This document shows positions 1 to 11,051 of a stretch of DNA of 32,000 bases, piece by piece. Position numbers and translations under genes: made by a program. Numbering within the stretch: position 1 is the stretch's first letter; the number at the start of each line of letters is the position of its first letter. This stretch comes from Desulfotalea psychrophila LSv54 (GTDB lineage Bacteria; Desulfobacterota; Desulfobulbia; Desulfobulbales; Desulfocapsaceae), in contig NC_006138.1 in NCBI RefSeq assembly GCF_000025945.1, forward strand, positions 1,290,001 to 1,322,000. The letters run 5' to 3'. The notes beneath the pieces are model-generated. The model did not search any database, was not told where the DNA came from, and saw only the letters and a program-made list of their open reading frames with translations.

Positions 1-460
1 CGCCATGCAGGATGCGCTTGAGCGTAGCGGGGTCATCACTCGGGCTATGTCGGCTATTCCTATGCAATCGATTTGTGAATCTTATATTAGAAGGCGAGCA
101 ACCAGACATCTTGAAAAAGGTCGAGTGGTTATCTTTGCTGCTGGTACCGGTAATCCCTATTTTACCACTGACTCGGCGGGTGTCCTGCGTGCCCTGGAGA
201 TTGATGCTGATATCGTGGTTAAGGCGACCAAGGTTGATGGTGTCTATGATAAGGATCCTATGATTCATGATGATGCTGTCAAGTTTGAGCATCTTACCTA
301 TGACGATGTCCTGCGTAAGGGACTGAAGGTCATGGATGCTGCTGGAATTGCCTTGGCAAAAGACGATGACAAGCCTATTATGGTGCTGAATATGAGTGTT
401 GCTGGTAATATGAAAAAAGCTGCACTTGGTGAACGTGTTGGGACACTTATTACTGCGTAA
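1..460 (+). CDS. pyrH: UMP kinase, C-terminal part (5' end outside window)
   Basis: Open frame from window start; amino-acid kinase motifs [12 protein letters not shown] and [12 protein letters not shown]; followed by frr. Confidence 0.95.
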   Translation, partial: AMQDALERSGVITRAMSAIPMQSICESYIRRRATRHLEKGRVVIFAAGTGNPYFTTDSAGVLRALEIDADIVVKATKVDGVYDKDPMIHDDAVKFEHLTYDDVLRKGLKVMDAAGIALAKDDDKPIMVLNMSVAGNMKKAALGERVGTLITA

Positions 461-532
461 GAGCTCCAAGGGTAATGTGTAGCTGTTTACTACTTATAAG
501 AAAATTTTCATTTTATAGATGAGGTTAACCCC

Positions 533-1087
533 ATGAGTGAAGTTATTGTAGAGATGAGTGGCAGGATGGCGAAGAGTGTTGAAGCTTTTAAAAATGATTT
601 ATCCAGGGTCCGTACCGGCCGTGCCTCGATTTCTATTCTTGATGATATTACCGTTGTTGCTTACGGTAGCACCATGCCTCTGAACCAGGTTGCGACCTTG
701 ACCATCCCGGAATCTCGTATGATTGCTTTGCAACCATGGGACCCGCAAATGATACCGCCCATTGAAAAAGCTATCCTTAAGTCAGGCCTTGGACTTAATC
801 CGGTAAATGATGGCAAGGTTGTTCGTTTGAATATTCCTCAACTTACCGAAGATCGTCGTAAAGATCTGGTCAAGCAGGTAAAGAAAATCGCTGAGGAGTT
901 TCGGGTAGCAATCCGCAACGTTCGACGTGACGCCATTGATACCCTTAAGTTGCAAAAGAAGGATAAGGAGATATCTGAGGACGATCTGTTCAAATTGCAG
1001 GATGATGCTCAGAAAGAGACCGATATTTACATCAAGCAGTTGGATGAGGTTAGTGCCTCTAAAGAAAAAGAAGTGATGGAAGTATAG
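533..1087 (+). CDS. frr: Ribosome recycling factor
   Basis: 184 aa; DLSRVRTGRAS...VVAYGSTMPLNQVATLTIPESR and LTEDRRKDLVKQVKK motifs; downstream of pyrH. Confidence 0.97.
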   Translation: MSEVIVEMSGRMAKSVEAFKNDLSRVRTGRASISILDDITVVAYGSTMPLNQVATLTIPESRMIALQPWDPQMIPPIEKAILKSGLGLNPVNDGKVVRLNIPQLTEDRRKDLVKQVKKIAEEFRVAIRNVRRDAIDTLKLQKKDKEISEDDLFKLQDDAQKETDIYIKQLDEVSASKEKEVMEV

Positions 1088-1208
1088 GCTTTGATGTTTT
1101 TGCTGTAATGATTAAAAAATATGAGTACAGGCACCGAACAGCTTGCCCGGTTTATACATTTTATGTTTTAAGTCATGACATCCCCCTAGGGGACGTGAAG
1201 CTTTTTTC

Positions 1209-1994
1209 ATGGACACAAATGGAGAATATATGAGACTGGCAGAATTAGCTGAGAAGTATGGGATTGATCCTCTCCACCTTCCTGCTCATATTGCAATTAT
1301 TATGGATGGAAATGGACGTTGGGCTCAGGCTCGTAAACGTCCACGTCTCTTTGGACATAAGGCAGGGGCTGATTCGGTTGAGGAGATTGTCTCAATCTGT
1401 TGCCAACTCGGTATCCCGGCACTTACCCTCTATGCCTTCTCTTCTGAAAATTGGAAGAGACCGAAAGCAGAGGTGAGTGGCCTTATGTCTATCCTGCAGA
1501 AATATCTTCGGGCAGAGTTGCCCAAGATGCAAAAGAATAATATTCGTCTCCACTGTATCGGCGATATTGAGCGTCTGCCATCTGCTGTACGCGATACCCT
1601 GCTCCAGGTAATGGGCGAGACTGCAAAAAATACGGGGATGATACTCTCACTGGCCCTCAGTTATGGGGGGCGGGATGAGATCTGTCGTGCCATAAAAAAA
1701 ATCTCTGCTGAATGTGTCGCAGGTGATCTTGAGGAGACGGATATCACTCCAGATCTTCTCTCCGACTATCTTGACACCGCTATCTTGCCGGAACCAGATC
1801 TGTTGATACGGACGGGCGGTGAGTCTCGGCTTTCCAATTTTCTTCTCTGGCAACTCTCCTATGCAGAGTTGTACTTCACAGATATTATGTGGCCAGAATT
1901 TCGTACAGAACAGCTGGCAACTGCTATTGCCAGCTTTCAGGAACGTGAACGCCGTTTTGGCAAAATTGGTGCACAGTTAAATAAGAATAAATAG
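1209..1994 (+). CDS. uppS: Isoprenyl transferase / undecaprenyl diphosphate synthase
   Basis: HIAIIMDGNGRWAQAR, LTLYAFSSENWKRP, DLLIRTGGESRLSNFLLWQLSYAELYF. Confidence 0.96.
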   Translation: MDTNGEYMRLAELAEKYGIDPLHLPAHIAIIMDGNGRWAQARKRPRLFGHKAGADSVEEIVSICCQLGIPALTLYAFSSENWKRPKAEVSGLMSILQKYLRAELPKMQKNNIRLHCIGDIERLPSAVRDTLLQVMGETAKNTGMILSLALSYGGRDEICRAIKKISAECVAGDLEETDITPDLLSDYLDTAILPEPDLLIRTGGESRLSNFLLWQLSYAELYFTDIMWPEFRTEQLATAIASFQERERRFGKIGAQLNKNK

Positions 1995-2002
1995 GAAAAG
2001 AT

Positions 2003-2794
2003 ATGGATAGAGTGGTTCCGGGCTTACTTCTGGCGGGGTTTTGGCTCTTGTTGCTTTTTAAGGGGTCTGCTCTGCTGTTCTCTGTTGTTATCCTGGCTGT
2101 TATTTTCATGGCGGCAAATGAGTATCTGCGCATGGCAGCTGCGGGCTTAATTGGGAAAAAGGAGAGGTATTTTCTTAATCTGGTGCTGATGTTTCCAGCT
2201 CTTGCTGTTACCATCAATTCAACTCAGCAATATCTTGCTCCCGCTCTTCTGGCCTCTTTTTTCGTCCTGACAGGTTATTTTCTCTATCGCTACGCCAAGT
2301 TTGAACAGCCCTACGCCTTCTTTGCCCGTCTTCTCTTTGGGGTCTTCTATATAGGCTTTCTCAGTTCATACCTCCTGCTGGTCCGGGCCCTGCCCGATGG
2401 AAATTACTGGCTGATCGTTGCCTCGGCTATTACGGCAGGTGCTGATTCAGGGGGATATTTTGTCGGCTGTTCCATTGGTAAGCATAAGCTCTGCCCTAAT
2501 GTCAGTCCCAAGAAGACCATTGAGGGCGCTCTGGGCGGCCTTGTCTTTGCCCTCATTGCCGCCTTTGTCGGCGCTCACTTTCTTCTCCCCGAGGTTAGCC
2601 CCTGGTTTTTGGCTCTTGGCACCGTGGTTCTCACCGCAGCTGGAGTGGCCGGTGACCTGACAGAATCTATTATAAAGCGAGGCACGGGCACCAAGGATTC
2701 CGGCACCTGTCTTGGCGGGCATGGTGGTATTCTGGATCGAATTGACTCTCTGCTCTTTGCCCTTCCGGTGCTCTATACGGTGCTTACCTTCTAA
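2003..2794 (+). CDS. cdsA: Phosphatidate cytidylyltransferase
   Basis: Polytopic protein ending in the CDP-DAG synthase signature KRGTGTKDSGTCLGGHGGILDRIDSLLFALPV. Confidence 0.93.
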   Translation: MDRVVPGLLLAGFWLLLLFKGSALLFSVVILAVIFMAANEYLRMAAAGLIGKKERYFLNLVLMFPALAVTINSTQQYLAPALLASFFVLTGYFLYRYAKFEQPYAFFARLLFGVFYIGFLSSYLLLVRALPDGNYWLIVASAITAGADSGGYFVGCSIGKHKLCPNVSPKKTIEGALGGLVFALIAAFVGAHFLLPEVSPWFLALGTVVLTAAGVAGDLTESIIKRGTGTKDSGTCLGGHGGILDRIDSLLFALPVLYTVLTF

Positions 2795-2853
2795 TTTTTT
2801 TTGGTTACCCGTTGTTCTGTTAAGGGCGTATCCATACTAGTTTATCATTTAAT

Positions 2854-4011
2854 ATGAAAAAAATATCTCTTCTTGGGGCGACGGGTTCCATTGGCACAAG
2901 TGTGCTTGAAGTTGTTCGGAAATTTTCCGATCAATACAGGATTGTCGCTATGGCTGCTGGTCGCAATATTGATCTCTTTGCCAGACAGATTGAGGAGTTT
3001 TCTCCAGATCTTGTTTCAGTGCTTGATGAGGAATATGCCCATTGCCTGCAGGAGAGGCTGGGAGGATTCAGGGGTAAGATCCTCTGGGGAAACGCGGGCA
3101 ATGAAGAGGTTGCCGCCTATCCCTCTGCCTCAATTACCATCTCAGCAATTGTTGGTGCGGCTGGTCTACTTCCTACCCTGGCGGCAATTGAGGCGGGAAA
3201 GGATATTGGCCTTGCCAATAAAGAGACCCTGGTCATGGCAGGAAAAATTGTCATGGAGAGAGCACGGCGTAAGGGGGTGGCACTGCTTCCCGTTGATTCC
3301 GAACACTCTGCCATCTTTCAGGCCCTGCATGCAGGTAAGAGGGCAGATCTGGCTAAAATTATTCTCACCGCCTCCGGTGGACCATTTCATGGCAGGACAG
3401 CTGCTGAACTTGCGCAGGTCACCCCTGCTCAAGCTCTGGCTCATCCAAACTGGAGTATGGGTAGAAAGGTCTCCATTGATTCAGCTACCCTGATGAACAA
3501 GGGGCTGGAGGTGATTGAGGCGAAATGGCTCTTTGATGTAGAGCCGGAGAACATAGAGGTGGTGGTGCATCCCCAGTCTATTGTTCACTCTCTGGTTGAG
3601 TACCATGACGGTTCGTTGATTGCCCAACTTGGGGTGGCTGATATGTGTATTCCCATTGCCTATGCCCTCTCCTATCCAAACCGTTTACCCCTCGGTCATA
3701 AGCGCCTCTCCTTAACCGACTGTGCCTGTTTGGACTTCATTCGGCCCGATACGGAAAACTTTCCAGCCCTGCCCCTGGCCTTTGAGGCCCTACGGCGGGG
3801 AGGGGTTGCGCCAGCAGCACTTAATGCGGCAAATGAGATAGCGGTTGCCGCATTTTTAGATGGCAAAATACGCTTTCTTGACATAGCAAGGCTTGTAACA
3901 GATACTGTAGACGTTGTTTCCCCGGGGGATGAAAATAAATTAGATGATATCTTAGCAGCAGACAGGGAGTCCAGGGAAATAACCCGGCAAAAAATAACGG
4001 AACTCTTCTGA
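2854..4011 (+). CDS. dxr: 1-deoxy-D-xylulose-5-phosphate reductoisomerase
   Basis: [16 protein letters not shown]; [13 protein letters not shown]; LTASGGPF; [17 protein letters not shown]; [16 protein letters not shown]. Confidence 0.97.
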
Positions 4012-4056
4012 TATCATCTGTTTTCACGCCTCTTAACCTCTAAAGACAATGGTTAT

Positions 4057-5130
4057 ATGACTACAATTTTTTCATTTATACTGGTTCTTGGTGCTCTGAT
4101 ATTTGTCCACGAGTTGGGACATTTTCTCTTGGCAAAGTTCTTTGGCGTTCGGGTACTTAAATTTTCCTTAGGGTTTGGGCCACGTCTCTGTGGCAAAACA
4201 ATAGGGGAAACAGAGTATGTGCTTTCGGCCTTTCCTCTGGGTGGATTTGTTAAAATGCTTGGGGAAAACCCCGACGAGGAGGAGCTGACAGGTGTTGAAA
4301 AGGAGAGGGCTTTTTCCTATAAACCGACATACCAGAGATTTCTTATTGTCCTTGCCGGTCCGCTTTTCAATTTTATTTTTCCCGTTCTCATCTTTTCATC
4401 GCTCTTCTTCTTTCAGGGTATTCCCGTGTCGCAGGACACCACCAGAATTGGCCAGGTAAATGAGGGCTCCCCTGCCGCGCAGGCAGGTATGTTGGCAGAT
4501 GATATTATTGTGGACATCAATGGGGTAGAAACTACCAGTTGGCAGAGTGTTCTCAATGGGGTCAAGGATAGTGGCGGTGTACCTCTTAAGGTACTTGTTC
4601 TTCGTGGGGATAAGGAGGTGAGCCTCGCTATTGTTCCCCAGCGTGATGAGGTCAAAGATGTCTTTGGTCAAGCCGTTGAAGAGAGATATATGATAGGGGT
4701 GATGAAGGCGGAGGCCCTCTCCTATGAGGAGACAGGGCTCTTTGCTGCCATATGGCGAGGTCTGCAGCAGACATGGTTTTATATCTATTTGACCGGCCTT
4801 GGTATTATTAAGCTTATTCAACAGGTGGTGCCTGCATCGGAGATGGGTGGGCCAATTTTGATTGCTCAGATGGCCGGTGAACAGATGCGTGCCGGTTGGA
4901 TAAACCTCCTCTATTTTACCTCCCTGCTCAGTGTTAATCTCGGTATCCTTAATTTACTGCCCATCCCTGTCCTTGATGGTGGTCATTTAATGTTTTTGAC
5001 CCTGGAGGGGATTCGCAAAAAACCACTCGGTGAAAAGGCACAAATTATTGCCCAACAGATAGGGCTTGGCCTCTTGGCTACCCTGATGCTTTTTGTTTTT
5101 TACAATGATATTATGAGGCTTATAAAGTAA
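4057..5130 (+). CDS. rseP: RIP metalloprotease RseP (site-2 protease)
   Basis: N-terminal HELGHFLLAK zinc site, PDZ domain, C-terminal NLLPIPVLDGGHL motif. Confidence 0.96.
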   Translation: MTTIFSFILVLGALIFVHELGHFLLAKFFGVRVLKFSLGFGPRLCGKTIGETEYVLSAFPLGGFVKMLGENPDEEELTGVEKERAFSYKPTYQRFLIVLAGPLFNFIFPVLIFSSLFFFQGIPVSQDTTRIGQVNEGSPAAQAGMLADDIIVDINGVETTSWQSVLNGVKDSGGVPLKVLVLRGDKEVSLAIVPQRDEVKDVFGQAVEERYMIGVMKAEALSYEETGLFAAIWRGLQQTWFYIYLTGLGIIKLIQQVVPASEMGGPILIAQMAGEQMRAGWINLLYFTSLLSVNLGILNLLPIPVLDGGHLMFLTLEGIRKKPLGEKAQIIAQQIGLGLLATLMLFVFYNDIMRLIK

Positions 5131-5858
5131 TGACCCAACCTGTTTTACTTGCAATCGATACGGCCACAAACTGTAGCTCTGTGGCAATAACCAGGGGCGA
5201 TAGTCTCTGTGGTGAGGTAATTGCCTCTCTCTCTCTCAGTAGTGGCATTACCCATTCCCGCCGTCTTCTCACCTCTATTGAGTGGCTGATGGCCGAGGTA
5301 GGTATGGACTGGCAGGGGCTTACCGGCATTGCCGTGAGCCTTGGTCCCGGCAGCTTTACCGGTCTGCGGATCGGCATGGCAACGGCTAAGGGACTTGCCA
5401 CCGCCGCCGGACTACCCCTCTACGGAGTTTCAAGTTTGGATGTCCTGGCCAGCAGATGTGTCACCGATAAGTTGATCTGTGTTGCCCTGGATGCGAGAAA
5501 AAAAGAGGTGTATACGGCCCTTTATCGGAGGGTCGGCGGAGAGATTCAGCGACTTGGTGACTATCAGGTGCTTGCCCCGGAGAGTCTTGTCGCTATGATT
5601 GATGAACCTGTCCTCTTTGTGGGTGATGGTGTCCGGGTCTACAGTGACAGATTGTCTCTGTCGGCACTGGCTGGGGCTGAGATTGCCCCTGCTATCCTGC
5701 ATACCATTTCAGCCACGGCTTTGGGCTTTTGTGCAGCTGATTGTGCCATAAGGGGGGAGATGCTGGATACTGCAGCGGCTGTACCCCTCTATGTGCGAGC
5801 CTCCGATGCTGAGCTCAATCTTGGCATAAAGGTTACTCCCCGGCCCATCCCCTGCTAA
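5130..5858 (+). CDS. tsaB: tRNA threonylcarbamoyladenosine biosynthesis protein TsaB
   Basis: LAIDTATNCSSVAI and LGPGSFTGLRIGMATAKGLA; start overlaps rseP stop (TAATG). Confidence 0.9.
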   Translation: MTQPVLLAIDTATNCSSVAITRGDSLCGEVIASLSLSSGITHSRRLLTSIEWLMAEVGMDWQGLTGIAVSLGPGSFTGLRIGMATAKGLATAAGLPLYGVSSLDVLASRCVTDKLICVALDARKKEVYTALYRRVGGEIQRLGDYQVLAPESLVAMIDEPVLFVGDGVRVYSDRLSLSALAGAEIAPAILHTISATALGFCAADCAIRGEMLDTAAAVPLYVRASDAELNLGIKVTPRPIPC

Positions 5859-5887
5859 TCGTGAAAAAATCAATATAGAGGTCTGCG

Positions 5888-6982
5888 ATGATAAGTCGAC
5901 GTTCGACAAGGCAAATACAGGTGGGTAGGGTAGCGGTGGGTGGTGACAGCCCTGTTAGCGTTCAGTCCATGACCAATACCGATACCCGTGATATAGAAAA
6001 GACGGCGGAACAGCTGCAACGTCTGCAGCAGGCGGGCTGTGATATTGCCCGGGTGGCTGTTCTCGATCAGGATGCGGCCCGGGCCATATCGGCCCTTGTC
6101 GATATGAGCTCCATGCCCATTATTGCCGACATTCACTTTGACTATCGTCTGGCCATTGCCGCCATGGAAAATGGTGCCGCTGCTATTCGTATAAATCCGG
6201 GAAATCTCGGTGGTGAAGAGAAAACCGCCAAGGTTGTGGCCGCTGCCAAGATGCATGGACTGCCTATTCGGGTGGGGGTTAACAGTGGTTCCATCGAAAA
6301 AGATCTTCTGAAAAAGTATGGTTATCCGACTGCTGATAATACCCAGGCCCTGATTGAAAGTGCTCTGCGTAATGTCCGTCTCTTGGAGAAACATGGTTTT
6401 GAACAGATAAAGATATCCATTAAATCATCGGATGTGCTGACCACCGTAAATGGCTATCAGCAGCTGTCCAAGGTCACCGATTATCCCCTGCATTTAGGTG
6501 TCACCGAGGCAGGTGGGCTTATTGCCGGAACCGTTAAGTCAAGCGTTGCCCTCGGTATTCTCCTGAACCAGGGTATTGGTGATACCCTGCGTATTTCCCT
6601 GACCCGTGATCCGGTGGAAGAGGTACGGGTGGCCTTTGAGCTTCTTCGTTGCCTCGGTATCCGTCAGCGAGGACCGGAGCTTATCTCCTGTCCCACCTGT
6701 GGCCGGACCCGAATTGATCTCTTCTCTCTGGCCGAAAAGGTCGAGCAGGTGGTGCAAGCCATGGAGGCCCCCATCAAGGTGGCAGTTATGGGCTGCGTGG
6801 TCAATGGCCCGGGCGAAGCTAAAGAGGCTGATATTGGTATTGCCGGTGGAGAAGGTTTGGGGATTATCTTTAAAAAGGGTGTCCTTTACAAAAAGGTCGC
6901 CGAGGAGCAACTCCTTGAGGTCTTTTTGGCAGAGTTGCGTGAGCTGGAAGAGGAATATCAGAAAAAGCATAATAATGTCTAG
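5888..6982 (+). CDS. ispG: 4-hydroxy-3-methylbut-2-enyl-diphosphate synthase
   Basis: PVSVQSMTNTDTRD; IADIHFDYRLA; RINPGNLG; CPTCGRT and MGCVVNGPGEAKEADIGIAGG Fe-S motifs. Confidence 0.97.
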   Translation: MISRRSTRQIQVGRVAVGGDSPVSVQSMTNTDTRDIEKTAEQLQRLQQAGCDIARVAVLDQDAARAISALVDMSSMPIIADIHFDYRLAIAAMENGAAAIRINPGNLGGEEKTAKVVAAAKMHGLPIRVGVNSGSIEKDLLKKYGYPTADNTQALIESALRNVRLLEKHGFEQIKISIKSSDVLTTVNGYQQLSKVTDYPLHLGVTEAGGLIAGTVKSSVALGILLNQGIGDTLRISLTRDPVEEVRVAFELLRCLGIRQRGPELISCPTCGRTRIDLFSLAEKVEQVVQAMEAPIKVAVMGCVVNGPGEAKEADIGIAGGEGLGIIFKKGVLYKKVAEEQLLEVFLAELRELEEEYQKKHNNV

Positions 6983-7121
6983 TATCTAGAGATTTTTTGC
7001 GTATGGCATCCATCTATTGTATTCTTATGATGGTTGGGCCTCGCTCCCCATTTAAATCCATGTTGAGTCCTGGCCCGTCTTATTTAAAAGAGAAAAATAT
7101 TTAATTTATCACGGTGAAAAT

Positions 7122-8834
7122 ATGCGTTATTCACAATCATTTATACCAACCAAAAAAGAGACACCTGCTGAGGCAGAGGTGGCGAGCCACCAGTTGATGC
7201 TTCGGGCAGGTTTTATGCGAAAGCTTAGTTCCGGCGTTTATAGCTATCTTCCCTATGGCCTTGCTGCCATTCGTAAGGTGGAAAATATTGTTCGTGAAGA
7301 GATGAATCGTGCCGGTGCCCAGGAGATGTTGATGCCCATGGTACAACCTGCCGATCTTTGGAAGGAGACAGGCCGATATGAAAAATATGGTCCGGAACTC
7401 CTCCGCTTCTTCGATCGTAATAATCGTGAGTCCTGTCTTGGACCCACCCATGAAGAGGTTATTACCGATATCGTTCGTAATGAGCTGAGCTCCTATCGGG
7501 ATCTGCCCATCAACCTCTATCAGATTCAGACCAAGTTTCGTGATGAGATCAGACCTCGTTTTGGTCTGATGCGGGGTCGTGAGTTTGTCATGAAGGATGC
7601 CTACTCCTTTGATGTTGATGATGAGCAGGCAAATCTCTCATACGACAAGATGTTTGAGGCCTATAAGCGTATTTTTACTCGTTGCGGTCTGCAATTTCGT
7701 CCTGTCCAGGCGGATTCCGGGGCCATTGGCGGAAGTCATTCCCATGAGTTTATGGTGCTGGCTAAGACCGGTGAAGATACCATCGTGGTCTGTAAGGACT
7801 GTGAGTATGCGGCCAATATGGAAAAGGCCGAGGTTAAGCTGGTTGCCACCGAGAACGATGAGGCTCTGGCTGAACTGGAAAAAATTGAAACTCCGGGTAA
7901 GAGAAAGGTTAACGCCGTCTGTGATTTCCTCCAGATTACCCCGCAGCAGTTGGTCAAGACCATGGTCTTTGAGGCCGACGGGGAAGCTGTTGCCGTGCTT
8001 GTCCGAGGTGACCGTGAAGTAGAGGAGGTGAAGTTGAAGAACCTCCTGGGTGTGGCTGATGTAGAGTTGATGGATGATAAGGCCGTTTTTGATGCGACCG
8101 GCGTGCCCACCGGCTATCTTGGACCCGTTGCCATCCCAATTCGGGTGGTGGCTGATCAGGAGGTAATGGTCATGAAAAACTTCTATGTGGGCGGTAATGA
8201 GAAAAACTTTCACCTGAAGAATGTGAATATCGAGCGTGATTGTACCGTGTCCGCCGTTGCCGATCTGCGTCAAATCAGCACCGATGATCCCTGTCCGCGC
8301 TGTGGTGGTAGATTAGAGCTTACCGAGGGAATCGAGGTGGGCCATGTTTTTAAACTTGGTACAGGCTATTCTGAATCAATGAATGCCCGTTTTCAGGATG
8401 GCACCGGAGATGAAAAACCCTTTGTTATGGGTTGTTATGGTATTGGCGTTAGCCGGGTTGTGGCGGCGGCAATCGAACAGAATCATGATAAGGATGGCAT
8501 TATTTTTCCTGTTCCCCTGGCCCCATATACGGTAACTGTCTTAAATCTTGGTCTTAAAGATCCGGAGATTACTGCTGCTGCTGAAAAGCTCTATGCAGAG
8601 CTTCAGGCGGCTGGCCTCTCGGTTTTGCTCGATGACCGTGATGAGAGACCGGGTGCAAAATTCAAGGATGCCGATCTTCTGGGTATTCCTTACCGACTTA
8701 CCGTGGGCAAAGGCCTTGCCAAGAATGGCATGGTTGAAGTGAGACGTCGTCGTGATGGCCACACCGAAGAGATGACCCCTGAGGTGGCGGCAGATTTTCT
8801 TGCTCGTTGCATTCAAGCAGAACTCACCGACTAA
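7122..8834 (+). CDS. proS: Prolyl-tRNA synthetase
   Basis: Class II aaRS; [44 protein letters not shown]; [11 protein letters not shown]; [25 protein letters not shown]; GCYGIGVSR. Confidence 0.97.
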   Translation: MRYSQSFIPTKKETPAEAEVASHQLMLRAGFMRKLSSGVYSYLPYGLAAIRKVENIVREEMNRAGAQEMLMPMVQPADLWKETGRYEKYGPELLRFFDRNNRESCLGPTHEEVITDIVRNELSSYRDLPINLYQIQTKFRDEIRPRFGLMRGREFVMKDAYSFDVDDEQANLSYDKMFEAYKRIFTRCGLQFRPVQADSGAIGGSHSHEFMVLAKTGEDTIVVCKDCEYAANMEKAEVKLVATENDEALAELEKIETPGKRKVNAVCDFLQITPQQLVKTMVFEADGEAVAVLVRGDREVEEVKLKNLLGVADVELMDDKAVFDATGVPTGYLGPVAIPIRVVADQEVMVMKNFYVGGNEKNFHLKNVNIERDCTVSAVADLRQISTDDPCPRCGGRLELTEGIEVGHVFKLGTGYSESMNARFQDGTGDEKPFVMGCYGIGVSRVVAAAIEQNHDKDGIIFPVPLAPYTVTVLNLGLKDPEITAAAEKLYAELQAAGLSVLLDDRDERPGAKFKDADLLGIPYRLTVGKGLAKNGMVEVRRRRDGHTEEMTPEVAADFLARCIQAELTD

Positions 8835-8844
8835 AGGATGTAAA

Positions 8845-11028
8845 ATGCCACTCTCGTCTATGCTTGGCCCGGATGGGATCAAGGTGCTTGTAGCAAATTA
8901 TCAGCCTGATGCTGATATGCAACGTATTGATGATGCATGGCAGTTTGCTGCCCGTGTTCATGAAGGGCAGGAACATTTTTCCGGGACCCCCTACCTCTTG
9001 CATCTGCAAGAGGTAGGGGCAACCCTTGCCTCAATGCAACTTGATCTTGATACCATTCTTGCAGCTCTGCTCCACGGTACTATTAAGCATGGGGTTGAAA
9101 TTACTGAATTGCGGGACGCATTTGGTGATGATGTAGCTTCCATTGTTGAAGGTGCCAGTCGTATTACCAAGGTACAGTACAACAATAAGTTGGTGGGCCA
9201 GGCGGAGGGCGTTCGTAAGATGCTCCTTGCCATTGCCGCCGATATTCGGGTCCTTCTGGTCCGGCTTGTTGATCGTCTCACCGATCTCTTTAATCTGGAA
9301 AAACTGCCCCGTGAGCGCCAGCTTGAGATTGCCTGGGAAACCATGAATCTCTATGCGCCGCTGGCTAGTCGTCTGGGCATTGACTGGCTGAAGAGAGAGC
9401 TAGAAGATAACTCCTTCAGATTTCTCTATCCGGATGAGTACGCCGAGCTGAGTCGGGATATGGAGAGCTCTCTTGAGGAACGTGAGAGTTATGTGGCAGA
9501 GATGCTTGCCACCCTCAAGGGGAAACTGGAAGAAAACGATATTCATCCTCTCCGTGTTTTAGGCCGGCCGAAACATCTCTACTCCATCTATAAGAAGCTG
9601 GTTGCCCAGAATATTAAGCTCGATAAGGTCTATGACAAGGTCGCCTTTCGTATCATAGTTGACAGCGTTAAGGAGTGCTATGAGACCCTTGGGGTTATTC
9701 ATGGTGAGTGGGCCCCTGTTCCCGGGAGAATTAAGGATTTTATCTCGGTACCAAAGGCCAATAACTATCAGTCGATGCATACCACGGTGGCTGGACCCTG
9801 TGGCCATTTTATTGAGATTCAGATCCGTACTGAAGAGATGGATCGTGTTGCCTCGGAGGGGGTTGCTGCCCACTGGGCCTATAAAGAGGGCCAGAAGACG
9901 GCGGGGCGTGATGCTAAGCTCTTTGGTGATCTGAAAAATTTAGTTAAGTCACTGAAGGATGTTGAAGATCCGCGGGAATTTCTTGATTCAGTTCAGGGTG
10001 AGCTCTATGACCCCGATGTCTATGTCCTTACTCCGGGTGGTGAGGTAAAGGAGTTCCGCTACGGTAGCTGTCCCATCGATTTTGCCTATGCCGTGCATAG
10101 CGAGGTGGGAGACCACTGTACCGGGGCAAAGGTCAATGGCAGGCTTGTTCCACTCAAATATCATATGCAAAATGGTGATATTATTGAGATCCTCACCTCT
10201 CCATCTCAGCATCCCCGTCGGGGCTGGCTTGATTTTGTGCAGAGCGGTCGGGCCAAGGCCAGGATTCGCTCCTGGTTTCGCCGGGAGGAGAACGAGCGGG
10301 CCTTAAAACTCGGTCGGGAGATCTGTGAGAGAGAGATTCGTCTGCATAATACCAGCCTGAAAAAGTTGGTGAAGAGCGGTCAGATACGTCTTCTCTTTAA
10401 GGAGCTACGTTGCAACTCCCTCGATGATATGCTGATCAAGGTGGGCAACGGTGGCATAACCATCGAAAACCTGGTCAAGGCTCTGCAGCCCCATAATCCA
10501 CAACTGGATAGGGATGTGCCGGCTCAGGATGCAGTTACCGATGAGGCCCTGCCGATACTTCCTAAGCAGGCCACAACCCAGATAGAGCAGAGCAAGGATG
10601 GTCTGCGCATTGCCGGGGTAGAGGGGATGCTTGTCCGGGTAGGACAGTGTTGTCGTCCTGTACCCGGAGATAAGGTCATTGGCTTTATTACCCATGGACG
10701 TGGGGTAACGGTTCATAAGGCCGATTGCTCTAATCTCGGCTCGACCGATCCCCATCGACGTATTGATGTGGACTGGGCCCAGAGTTCGAGTAGCAGTTAC
10801 CGAGCAGTCCTTCATGTTGTCACAGAAAATTCTAAGGGGATCTTCTCCGAGGTAAGTGCTATTATTGCCGGAGAAAGTGCCAATATGGTAGAGATGTCCG
10901 CCCGGGTTACCGTCGAGGATACCGCTGAGTTTACCCTCTCTTTAGAGGTGAAGGATCTTGAACAACTCCAGCATCTTATGCAGATTTTGCGGCAGATGCC
11001 GGTGGTGATCTCTGTTCGTCGTCTATAA
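8845..11028 (+). CDS. RelA/SpoT-family (p)ppGpp synthetase/hydrolase
   Basis: HD-like hydrolase region (LHGTIKHGVEIT), synthetase region (DKVAFRIIV...PVPGRIKDFISVPKANNYQSMHTTV), TGS (VYVLTPGGEVKEFRYGSCPIDFAYAVHSEVGDHC), C-terminal ACT. Preferred start 8845 (MPLSSM), because the 8800 start overlaps proS. Confidence 0.93.
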   Translation: MPLSSMLGPDGIKVLVANYQPDADMQRIDDAWQFAARVHEGQEHFSGTPYLLHLQEVGATLASMQLDLDTILAALLHGTIKHGVEITELRDAFGDDVASIVEGASRITKVQYNNKLVGQAEGVRKMLLAIAADIRVLLVRLVDRLTDLFNLEKLPRERQLEIAWETMNLYAPLASRLGIDWLKRELEDNSFRFLYPDEYAELSRDMESSLEERESYVAEMLATLKGKLEENDIHPLRVLGRPKHLYSIYKKLVAQNIKLDKVYDKVAFRIIVDSVKECYETLGVIHGEWAPVPGRIKDFISVPKANNYQSMHTTVAGPCGHFIEIQIRTEEMDRVASEGVAAHWAYKEGQKTAGRDAKLFGDLKNLVKSLKDVEDPREFLDSVQGELYDPDVYVLTPGGEVKEFRYGSCPIDFAYAVHSEVGDHCTGAKVNGRLVPLKYHMQNGDIIEILTSPSQHPRRGWLDFVQSGRAKARIRSWFRREENERALKLGREICEREIRLHNTSLKKLVKSGQIRLLFKELRCNSLDDMLIKVGNGGITIENLVKALQPHNPQLDRDVPAQDAVTDEALPILPKQATTQIEQSKDGLRIAGVEGMLVRVGQCCRPVPGDKVIGFITHGRGVTVHKADCSNLGSTDPHRRIDVDWAQSSSSSYRAVLHVVTENSKGIFSEVSAIIAGESANMVEMSARVTVEDTAEFTLSLEVKDLEQLQHLMQILRQMPVVISVRRL

Positions 11029-11051
11029 GTGGAATATGAGGTAGGAAGAGG

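Noticed and set aside
1182-1208. TCCCCCTAGGGGA palindrome upstream of uppS considered as terminator
   Set aside because: Stem only 5 bp and separated from the T-run by several bases; too weak to call.
8991-9873. Long antisense ORFs within the relA/spoT-like and other housekeeping genes (for example 8991-9344 -, 9559-9873 -, 7638-8273 -)
   Set aside because: They lie entirely opposite strongly supported genes, have no family-like motifs, and are expected shadow ORFs in this codon usage.
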